Source of the DNA: Adineta vaga
Taxonomy: Eukaryota > Animalia > Rotifera
Assembly (NCBI GenBank): GCA_021613535.1
Contig: CP075492.1
Coordinates: 13,020,001-13,084,000 of the forward strand
Direction: 5' to 3'
DNA length: 64,000 nt
The position numbers and the translations under genes are program-made. Below are positions 53,150 through 64,000 of the stretch, one piece after another (within the stretch, counting starts at the first letter, position 1; every line of letters begins with the position of its first letter). The notes beneath the pieces were generated by a model that searched no databases, was not told where the DNA came from, and saw nothing but the letters and a program-made list of their open reading frames with translations.

Positions 53150-54480
53150 ATATTTATAGTTTTCCTTGAAGTCGTTGTACATCCAAATGATTTCATTCAT
53201 GCGCTTCTTTTAGTATTTGATCATCAACTGCGTTTTGATAACTACTCAATGTTTCGCAGACTATGGAGCACAACTTGAGCTATCAGAATACGTAAAGAAA
53301 ACATGTTCTAAAGTCTTCCATAAAATATAATAGGGTCGGTGTCACTACTTATGGTATGCCCTAAGTAGTTGAATATCCAATTCTTCTTCATAAATACGGC
53401 CACATTGTTGATAAACAAGAGTTAATTCTTTCCACTTTTCATCTGATATTGTTTCTAATGCTGAGATATAAAATTCTTCCTCTATGTCATATTGTCTCCT
53501 AGCAATCATTAATAAACCTAATCGATGCCAACCAATTGAACCGCTTATTTCATTTTTTTAATTTCTTCTTCATGGGACAGATGATGTCGATGCTATTCTT
53601 GAATTAATTTCCATTAGAATCATTTTAGGAACGACGAGCAAATTTGTAATGCTACTTGACGATTGATACTTGTCGAAAGAAAACTATTGAATGAAAGAAG
53701 ACCACCGAGGGAAATTCTGTATTTGACATTGCTTGCTCACGATAGACACTCAAGAGATCACGATTGTTTTGCTTTTACATGTAAAAGTTGAATTTGTTGA
53801 TGAGGATCACGAATAAAAAATCCCATTTTAATAATAATTGCAATATATTGTGCTCGAACTTCGAAGTACTTTATTCATCATTGTGTATGTAAAAAATTCT
53901 CTTGTAGACCACCAAATAGCTGATGAGGATGAATATGTTTTTCGAAATTCATCAATATTTCTTAATTCCTTAGAGTTATCTGCATATTTAGTTAGACAAA
54001 AAATCAATAAGATCATATTCAATTTCAATAAGAATTTCTTTAAGTAACTTGGAATACATAAATGAAGGATTTAGAGCATTTAAAGTACGTATTGATTCTG
54101 AAAGAATACTAATTGACATGAGACTTGTATCACATTGTCGAATATCCGATCCTAATAAATCACAGAATGAATTTCTTTCAGTAAAAACATCTCTAATTTT
54201 ACAAAATTTTCCAGCCTATACCTGATGTCTAGTTTTATTATTACAAAACGCGTAAACCAAATCGAATTGATGTAAATTTTCGATAATTGATACCACCTGC
54301 TGTTCGAGAGAAACGGAAATGATCATAAAAATGTTTTCATGTTTTATTTTCATAAGTTCCATCTAACTAAACAATGATGAAGTTTTCTACAACACCAGAT
54401 ATTCGTTGACGAATTGGTTGAATCGTTATCTTCTTTTTCAAAACTTTTTTTTCCACATAGTTTTTGTGATTTCAGTGGCA
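53150..54480 (-). pseudogene. Heavily disrupted ART-TPR pseudogene
   Basis: Fragments KIFMIIS, IDEFRKTYSSSSAIWW..MMNKVLR, VYREQAMS, GGLLSFNSFLSTS and WHRLGLLM lie in different frames with stops. Confidence 0.8.
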
Positions 54481-54697
54481 TGAGATTATTCTATTCGTTC
54501 TTTACAAACAACTGAATTGCTGCACTCAATAAAAGAATCAACTTTGTCGAGAGAAAAGTAAAGAATAACGTGGGCGCAGTGCATGATGTACTATTCAATA
54601 CATTCGATAGTTACAGAAAATAAAATTTATTATGTGAATATATAATAAAAAAAATAAAATATGAAAAAGAAACAAATGTTTTTTTTTATTCGAATCT

Positions 54698-55257
54698 TTA
54701 AGATCGACCAACTAGTTTTGTATTGATGACTGCTGTTGATATATCAACCTGAGCAACAGGCATGTCTTCTCGTTTAATTCGTACAATTTCGGAACCGAAT
54801 GGACCATATACTTCGAGACATTTCGGTTTCGGACAAAATATACGACGTATAACATAACACGGCCAAGCACAAATTAAAGTTATCCAAAGAAGAAAGAAAA
54901 ATGTCGGTTGTTCACCTCGACATTCTCGCATTTGACTAATATCATGCAAGAAAATAGCCGAATCTGTATGTGAAGGTTCAGAACAACTTGCACAACAGAC
55001 ATATTCTTGATATCTTGTCAAAAGTCGAATATCTGTCAGAGCTGTATAATAACCATTATTACAACAACATAAACTATCTTGATAATCCCATTCACGATAA
55101 ATTTTTTCACTCGGTAATAATGCAAAACTGTTATTTAATGGACGACCATAAGACGATTGAGGTTGTTGAGCATGAACACGAGATGGTGCAATAGTCCTAA
55201 ATACATAACAGAAATAAATATAGGACAAAAAGAGAAACATTGATTGTTCGCATACAT
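54698..55257 (-). CDS. Uncharacterised Cys-rich small membrane protein (possible PH/GRAM-like core)
   Basis: Start codon appears split AT|G by a 59-nt intron (55255-55197). LLPSEKIYREW..CCC..LTDIRLL, followed by a hydrophobic Cys-rich segment. Confidence 0.7.
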
Positions 55258-55690
55258 GTTTTGTTGTTGAATCGTTTTCTTTTGATGTATGTATGCACTA
55301 ATACACTAGTTGATTGTGTTCGATGTAGAAAATAATCAAATGTAATATATAATGCAAAAAGATGAATTGGAATTCAATTGAATTAAAAAAGATGGCTTCA
55401 TCTACTTTATTTGTTCTTTTGTGTATTTCATCATCTGATGTTTACAAATGCATCGATATTCGTTGATTGAAAATAAATAATATCAATGAGTAGGTGGTAT
55501 GAAATGATCACAAATAAAATTTAAATTACTTTTTTATTCAGAGAATTATTTACATCTAGTCTATATTTTCTCTCTCTCTGACTTTTTGACTAATATTATT
55601 TGAAAATTATCTTGTTTTATTGAATTTATAAAAAAAAAGGAAATAACAAAAAATACAAAAGAATATGCTCACTGAAAATACCGATCATGA

Positions 55691-57217
55691 TTAATGACAA
55701 TTTTGACAATTCGGGACACAAAGTTTACCATTATCAACACGACATCGACAACCACCAGACGTATCACCACGTCCTCCAGGACCCCAACGAGGACCTTGTG
55801 TTGGCCACTAAACAAAATCAATATCATTCTGTATGCAACAAAAGAATTACGAACACAAATTTCCATTTTACATTGACTACATTGAATCCAATCACAACCA
55901 GATGCTTTCTGAATTATCACACGACAACCAGGACTACGAAAATTTCTTATCTAATTTTCAATAAAACAGTAAAAACATGATTCTTACCAATACATTGCTT
56001 CCTTATTTTTGATCATTGTCTTGATGAAAAAGAAAACAGAAATAATTCAATTAACTTCATTTTACTATTTACCTCCAGATGTTCTGTATCACTACGTACA
56101 GTACTTTCATTTGTTTGACGTAGTTTTAAATCTTCTTGATATTCACGACCTTTCAATCAAACACATCAATTAACTTATAAAAACTTACATTCAAACTTAC
56201 AAGTTTGACCTTCATGTATCGCTGAACATGATAAACAAATCCAATGTTTACATCCCTATGAGATAATATACTCAAAACTAAGATAAAAGCAAAACATATT
56301 TTCAATATTTTATAATTACGTTACAAAATATAATATTATTTTCTTGATCTGGTTCTATGAACCACCAATGTGTACAATCGGGTGTAATACAATGAAATGT
56401 TTTATTTCGACTCTCAGCAAAACGCATACTAACATTATGAAGACGATCAACTACTTTTGGATCAACTTTTAAATCATTCACTACCTAGAACATAATCGAA
56501 TTTTTAGAATTAAATTCTTTATCAATTATTTGTGATTCTTACACCTCGAAGTTCTCTTTCTTCAACAAATGCTGTACACTTATCGTGAGGACATTTGACA
56601 GTTGGTTCATCAGTCGTTTCAATCAATTGTAAAAGACACGGTTTGCAAAATGGATGAAGACAATTACGAAATAAAATTCCATCACCTTGAGGAATCGTAT
56701 CAAAACAAGTGATACAATCAAATGGTTCATCATTTGAATAATATGGTTTCTGTTCTTGAGATGATAATTGACGAAAGAATTCTTTTGATGTGACTTTTTG
56801 AAAATTTTCTGAATGATCAGAAATAGTATTATCTTTAATAATAAGAAATTCTTCTAGACATGTTCGTAATACTCTATGAAATTGATCACGTGATGTTTCA
56901 TTTAACCAAATTCGATATCTATTCTTTATTCCATCGAGTAAATCAGGTTTAGTAGTGACGTTTGCAAAAGTATATTGATCACGACGAACAAGTGGACAAG
57001 TGAAAAGTTCCTGGAATGATAATCAATCATTACTATCGACATATAATTGATAATATTCGATTCTTACAATTTTACTATTATTTAAATCGATAGCTCGTAA
57101 TACATAGTCCCCAATATCACGTTGACGTAATTCTATAAGACATCGATCAAAATGTAGAGGTCTATCATTCAATCCATTGAGTTCAATACGACATGTACTA
57201 TAAACTTCGACACTCAT
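55691..57217 (-). CDS. HOIL-1/RBCK1-type RBR E3 ligase with an atypical N-terminus
   Basis: RING1 ([19 protein letters not shown]), IBR (FHCITPDC) and HOIL-1-type RING2 tail [49 protein letters not shown]. Confidence 0.9.
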
Positions 57218-57932
57218 ATTACTCAATCTACAATAAAAAAAATGAAATTTATCATTTTAAAATGAAATCAGATAGTATGTCATTCACATCGCCTCAATGT
57301 ATTTAATGAGTAGAGGACATCTATGCACATTTGTATAGTTGAAAAAAAAGACCAATATGAATTAAATGATGTTACACACATTTTTTTAATCATTGAAATT
57401 CATATTCAGTTTGAGTTTGTCTTATGAGTAATGATGTGCTTACTTTGAAAAATCAAAAATTCATCAAATTTGATCTAAAACTGTAATATGAAACTAAGTT
57501 CTGAGTACGCTGAAAATTTAAATCAAATGAGTCATCATTTACATTACATTTCAATATGAATCCTGTAAAGTTCAGATGAAATTTGCCAATAATTATTTTC
57601 TATTATTCTTCAACAAAATCTAAATCATAAAAATCCACCTTTGGTTTTCTTATTTCATAAGGAAGTAAATAGTACATGTGCGATTATTATTATAAGAATA
57701 TAAAAGACGGTATTTTTGACGATAGTATGAAAAATAATAACATACAGAACGCGAAAAAAAAGAAGTAAAAGAAACTACGCTTGAAGACTGATACTGTCTA
57801 GGCAACTGCTTACCTATGGGTTTTATTTTTATGTTTAACATTCATAATAATTAATGAAACTATATATAGATGATTCGAACGATTTTTGTTTTCGGAACAT
57901 TGTCTATTGGTAATTTTTATTATTTTTGAAAT

Positions 57933-59871
57933 ATGGGTTGTGGCATTTCTAAACCAAGTGAGACAGTGAAATTACCCGAGAAATTACCTATTTCAGAAGC
58001 ACAAAGTGTAGAAAATTATGTTGTTGTGTGGTTCATCGGTTCGAATGATCAGAATGAAGTTACTGATATCAAAAAGTCAATGGAACAATTACAACAAGTC
58101 TTCAGTGTTGTGAAAAATTTTACAGATGCGGATCAATGTCGTGCTTTTATCTATCAAGTTAAATTGGAAAAGGTCTTTCTCATTGTTTCTGGTAGTCGTG
58201 GAGAAGAATTTCTGTCAGACATCGCTTTGTAAAAAGTTAAATGAAGATGCGAACCAATGCAATCATGATTTGATTGGTTACGAAGTCGTGGAGTCAACTG
58301 TCTCGACGAATTCCATCGATTCAAATCGACAAAAAGCTTCATTTATGTACAGTCAGTTATTCAAAGAGACCATTTTAAGAACGAACGACGGAAATATAAA
58401 AGATCTGTGTGATTTTTGTCGTAAACATTATCAAGGAAATAAAGAGGAAATGCTGTTCTTGGATCGTCTAGAAAAAACTTACCCCGAAGAACCCCCAGCT
58501 CGATGGTATAGTTATGAAGGATGCCTTTATCGAGTATTAAGCAAAGCTCTTCGTACGTGTGACTTCAATGCACTCTATTCGATGCGTGTTATTATTCGTG
58601 ATCTTCACAAACAACTTGCTAATGTGCATTCACGAAATAAAAACGGACGGATGGAACTATATCGCGGACAAGGAATGGAAGACAAAGAATTCAATGAAAT
58701 TTGTAACAATAAAGAAGGATTGTTGATTATCTCAAATTTTTGATCGAGTAGTACCGATCGCAGTGTAGCTCTTAAATTCGCAAAGCAGGCTGTCAACGTG
58801 AGAAATAAGAAGAGCGTGTTGTTTAAAATCGTTGTAGAAGGAATTACTCCTGTTCCAATAGCTGATATCAGTGCGTTCAGCTATTATGTTAAAGAGAATG
58901 AATGGCTATTCTCAATAGGTTCTACCTTTTACATCGAATCGGTTTCATGTTCAAGCGAATCCATGAATATGTGGAATATTGAATTGAAATTAATCGATTC
59001 TAATGACAAACAATTAAATCATTTAAAACAATACTTGAAAAAATCCATCATGGGTCTCACTTCTGCCCTTGATTTTGCTAGATATATGCATCTATCAGGA
59101 AACTGGGAACAAGCAGAATATTTTTACAAGAGAAGTCTTGAAACTGAAAAAATACCGTATCGCCATGCCGTCATCTACAATGATCTTGGACTGGTACAAA
59201 CTGAGTTGAAGGATTACAAAGAAGCAGAAAAATCATATAAGGAGTCATGCAAAATTAAAGAAGCTTGTCAAGATCTAGAAAATAAAGATTTCGCTTCTAC
59301 ATATAACAATATGGGTATTGCATATTATCAAGCAAGAGATTTAACTAGAGCTGAAGAGCATTTCAAAAAGGCTTTGGAAGCTTATACTACTGAGTCTCAA
59401 GAAAACCAAGAACTTCTAGCTGCTATCTATCATAAACGTGCTACTATTTACAGTGAGAAAGACGATTATGAAAATGCTTTGGAATGCATCGAACAATGTT
59501 GGAAAATTCGAAGTCAAATTCTTCCATCAATACATTCAACTTTAGCGATTACATATAATTGTGTGGCAAATATCTATTACCAAAAAGGTTCATTGAAAGA
59601 AGCCATTCGATATGCTGCAAAAGCAGTCGATATTGACAAGCAAGCCGTATCGGACAATCATCCTCAAATTAAAATTCATAAACAAAATCTTGAGTTTTTC
59701 AAACGTGAAATAAAGAAAACATATAAAGTTAACATTCAGTCTGTTCCTTTCTTTTCAAACGAAACTTTCTTCTTCCGTAGTCATACAAATGAAGAATCTA
59801 GCAATAAAAAAAAAACGTCTTGTAAAACAATTAAGATCTTTTCACTGTTGTTTCAAATGTATGAATTCTAG
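57933..59871 (+). pseudogene. Recently disrupted ART-TPR gene (one frameshift/deletion, one in-frame TGA)
   Basis: MGCGISK start; frame break near 58225; TGA at 58741-58743 inside NF*SSS; LYRGQ and ENEWLF motifs intact; TPR array open to 59871. Confidence 0.85.
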
Positions 59872-60278
59872 TATATTTCATCGGTTACAAAGTAAAAGAG
59901 AAGGTATATGCATATTGACATAACCACACGTACTTCTTTTTACGCTGATGATGGTTCTATTTCTGTATGTTTATTTTTATACTCTTTATCAATAGAGATG
60001 ACACGTATGAATCACCGACAGTGCTGATATGTCGATGAATTTACTATTTGTCTCTCATAGGTTTCTATCTATATGAATAGAGACAACAAAGAATTTAAAC
60101 TGAAAAATGTTTGTTATTTCGTTTTGTATTGTTGTTTATAGATGCTTCTATGTATACATCACTGATGATATGTAGAAGAGAAAAAAAAACAGTTAGTTTG
60201 CGCATAGAACAGATATTTTCAATAGAATAAAATATTATTTATTCTTCTATAGTGTACGTATTCTGAACTGTAACATTT

Positions 60279-60488
60279 ATGAAACAATTAATTATTATCA
60301 TCATACTTTTATCTATGATTTGTTATGAAAAAACTGAATGTCGCCAATATGTATGTTGGCAATTGCCATGTTGGATCCGTTGTAAATCAATTACTCGAGC
60401 ATGTTGGACTTTGCCATGTTGGAATCGATGTAGAACAATTCCAGAAGTTTGTTGGAGACTTCCATGTTGGTTTAATACTCGAAATTAA
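60279..60488 (+). CDS. Secreted Cys/Trp-rich peptide with three CWxLPCW repeats
   Basis: Signal peptide MKQLIIIIILLSMIC..TEC; 48-nt (16-aa) periodic repeats. Confidence 0.8.
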   Translation: MKQLIIIIILLSMICYEKTECRQYVCWQLPCWIRCKSITRACWTLPCWNRCRTIPEVCWRLPCWFNTRN

Positions 60489-60948
60489 CGAACAGGTAAA
60501 CATCATCTTTTTTTACATATAATCATTCTAATAAAACTTTTCTTTTTTATAGACATTGAACTTGAATCGAATCTCTAGTGCAATATATACAATTATTAGC
60601 GTTTTTTTTTCTCTCTCGTTACTAGTATATTGAAACCACATCCTCACGCATTCATACGACGTCTTTTATTTTAGGTGCTATTAAATTTCTACTAGAATGC
60701 ATTTATGAAGTGAGTAATGCTTCTAAAAATCAATCATTTTCATTTCGAAAAATAAAATGATCTATATTCCAAATAATCGCGTATCAATTTTCCATTTCTA
60801 CCATCACATGGCAATATTTTTCATGATGATATAAATATACTTTGTCATTGTGAGATGGTTAGTTTTTTTTCTCTCTTATCATCATATTAAGTGAGCGAAT
60901 ATAAAAGAAATACTACAAATCACAAAGCGAACTGAGTAAATTTGAAAT

Positions 60949-62350
60949 ATGCAAAAAATCATCTCTGTCATAGTATTGATTCTTTCGTTGAATCAATGTT
61001 TATGTCAAAAAGGTTTTCCTCAACAATTTCAAGCAACTATGAATATAAGTGGATTACAAATATATGATCCATCGGTACAAGGTGTTCTATATTTATTGTA
61101 TGATTATACTAATTTGAGAGCTCGTCTTGATATTCAAGGATGGCGAGCAAAACAAAATGAAACTTATATGATTAAATATAAACCTGAAGGTGCTGAATCA
61201 GGTTCAGTAAGTAGAAGAAATTGGTTTCTATTGAAAAAGAGAAGAAATTGAAAAAATATAAATTTAGCCAGCTGCCAATGATTATACTATATTCAATTTC
61301 AATCCTGATTATCCTGAAACTACAAAAGTAATTGAATAGTTTTATTTTCATAATTTCTCATATGCAGAGTAAAATGCGTTCTCTTTTTTTTTAGAATGAT
61401 TGTTGGTATTCAACTAATCCAATGAAAAGTGTTGGTCCATTTCCAATGGCATGGTACGATAAAACTGGAAATCAGTTTGAAATTAAACCATGGTTTCCAT
61501 TACCATCAAATTTGATTAATAAAGGTGATGAATGGGTGCCTGAACTTGAAATAAATGCAGTGGTATGTATCTGAAAAGTTTTCATGATCATAATGAAAAA
61601 TGATATTGTGTAGAGATATGATTCACCAGAAATATGTAATTTAAAACGAACAGGTATTGGTAATGTACCATGTTTGAGTTATTTTGAAACAACTGATCGA
61701 CCAGTTAAACTCATTCAAGCTCGTGCTGCTGTTGGTTCTTATGATAGTGATAGGTAACTATTTATCGTATATGTTTATCGAAAAAAAGGCATTGATAATT
61801 GATTTGTATATAGTTATACAACTACAGTTTTTCTCTCATTTGTTAATGGTATTCCAGCAAAATCTGAAGCTTTGTTTAATTTACCAAATCAATGGCCTAG
61901 TTATTGTGGCAATGCAAATGCAGGTAAAGAATATTTCTCTTCGTTTCTTTTCACACAAGATTCATTGGACTTCTATTAGGTTTTACTATTGAACCCCAAC
62001 GTGGATTTGTTGTAACTCCAGAAGGTCAAGATCATTTGACATTAAAATTAAATTCACCACCAGTTCGTTCACTTGGTGATCAAGTTAAAGTTGAATTTAA
62101 ACTAAATCCATCGTGGTATTATAATGGTACAAAATGTGCAACATTCAATCCCATCACATTCACTTCAGATAATTGGCAAATTCCCCAACAAGTTGACATG
62201 ACATTTGCTGACTATGGTTGTTGTAGTTATGTCATGACAGCAACTAGTGGAGGATATGAATGGCAATATCAATATTCCGCATTCGTTGTTTACGGATGTG
62301 AAGGAGAAGCTGGATATGGATGTAAAGGAAAATATCCATGTGGTGGTTAA
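60949..62350 (+). CDS. Secreted ependymin-related/LolA-fold-like protein with a C-terminal beta-sandwich, 6 exons
   Basis: TATAAAA at 60900-60906; signal peptide; FPQQFQA..LLYDYTNLRARLD; LFNLPNQWPSYC; C-terminal ITFTSDNWQIPQQV. Confidence 0.65.
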
Positions 62351-62909
62351 AACGCACTTGAAAGACATGAATATTCTACTATTTATGGATCGTTTTTTTT
62401 TTCAACAAAATAAAATCTTCTCTTAGAACACAGTTGATCAATAAGTTTCATCAAATGTTTCCATTTTTCAAACGATTTCCATCTTATATAAATATTACTT
62501 TACACTATGCATATCGTAAAGAAAAACAAAAAAATGACATGCTCATTTTATACAAATCACAAGTATAATCGATGCACACGAGTTGATATAGAAAGCTGTT
62601 AATTTAAAATTATTTCTGAAATAATAAAATCAGATTGTTTATTAACAATTGGTATAAGAGGAAAAACTTATGTATCATTCGCCCGATTATCTAACTTCTT
62701 CACGTTCTTTTCAAAAATAATGACACATTGATTTTTTTCTCTTGTTGTTACGCATGAAGTCGTTTCGCACGTTGATATAATAATTTTTCATTTCATACGA
62801 AGTGCTAATGTAATTTCTCAATTGAGTTGTAAAAAAATACATAAAAGAGGAGCCGTTAAATGTGACAGAATGAATTGGTATTTTCTATTCTTTTGTTTGT
62901 AGAATTCTA

Positions 62910-63744
62910 ATGATTTCTTCAATAGTAAATAATTTTCTTTATCCTCGTCCAAATCCTGCACATTATTCAGCAACATCACATCCTAATTATTTGATTTGGA
63001 TTCCTTCCAACGGATCAATACCATCGATTCCATGTTTCTATTTTCATTTATCACAAACACGTCCATTGATTATATGGAGTCATGGTAATGGTTGTGATAT
63101 CGGTACCATGGCTCCATTACTTCAATTTTTAAGTCAACAATTACATGTCAATATTTTAATATATGAATATCCTGGTTATGGTTTATGTACGAACGAAATA
63201 CCATCAGAAGAGACCATCAATCAACATACTCAACAAGCGTATCATTTTGCTCGAAATCATCTACATTACTCACCAGATCGTATCGTTTTCTATGGCCATA
63301 GCATCGGTAGTGGAACAGCATGTATGATGGTAAAAAAAACCTATTCTAATATGAAGTATTTGGATTGATACACATGATTTATTCAACTATTTTTAGGTTG
63401 CTTCTCTACTACAAAAAGGTATTTCTGTCGGTGGACTCATTCTACAAAGTCCATACAAATCATTAACAGAACTTGTTAAACAAAAAGCAGGAGTATTTAG
63501 TTTCTTCATACGACATATCGGATGGAATAATTTCAATTCAATGCAAATCATAACTTGTCCTGTCTTATTTCTACATGGTAAACAAGATGATTTAATTTCA
63601 TATGATAATTCTGTTGCATTGTATAACGTATGTCCTTCGCACAAGAAACATATTATATTGATTGATAATGCTGATCATAATACAATTAATCTACAGGTTA
63701 TTCTTCAACATCTAGGAAGATTTCTGCATGCATATTTACATTGA
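62910..63744 (+). CDS. ABHD17/ABHD13-like alpha/beta hydrolase, 2 exons
   Basis: SHGNGCDIG, YEYPGYG, GHSIGSG (Ser), HGKQDDLI (Asp), ADHN (His). Confidence 0.9.
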
Positions 63745-64000
63745 AAAATTTTCCATTCGTAATCATTTACAATTAGATATGTTCATTTCGATCAAAATAT
63801 CCAAGTTTTATTCGTTAAAACAATATAAGTCTTATTAAAGAGAATAGAAAAAGAAAAGAAATACCTGGAATGTAACTAACTGACAAATATTATTATTTAA
63901 AAAAATGACTAGAATTTGGATTATCTTATGCAATGATTTATCGTTTTCGAATCAGAATGGTCGATTGAAAAGAAGACATCGATTCGAAAGAACACTGTCC

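Noticed and set aside
58741-58743. TGA as selenocysteine or programmed readthrough
   Set aside because: The position is normally hydrophobic (Leu or Ile in the paralogues here), no SECIS was recognised, and an upstream frameshift already breaks the gene.
60325-60522. Overlapping frame with VGxCHVG repeats
   Set aside because: Shifted reading of the Cys/Trp peptide; no signal peptide and less conserved repeats.

Overview
Gene-dense, very AT-rich eukaryotic DNA with many short (about 50-65 nt) GT-AG introns. The gene content points to a bdelloid rotifer (inference): core metazoan genes (BTBD1/2-like, plexin, SVIP, TMEM184B, ATRAID, PP2C, ANKMY1, HOIL-1-type RBR ligase, penta-EF-hand) are mixed with apparently foreign genes (PAO/Tic55-type Rieske oxygenase, S9 dipeptidyl-peptidase V, short cobalamin-independent methionine synthase, bacterial-type SAM methyltransferase), four ADP-ribosyltransferase (ART) loci in different states of decay and an intronless 7TM receptor. 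Several spliced small genes are missed by the ORF track. The most interesting items are: (1) a secreted 69-aa peptide with three CWxLPCW repeats; (2) an astacin + PPC-like + mucin + WxxW + catalytically dead trypsin fusion; (3) the ART/ART-TPR birth-and-death family; (4) a bacterial-type methyltransferase between two ~200-bp direct repeats, one of which carries a 517-bp Tc1/mariner-type MITE; (5) a charge-free Phe/Gly-rich 93-aa protein; (6) a possible SVIP dicistronic unit. All family calls come from motif recognition by eye. No searches were run, and exon boundaries were read manually.
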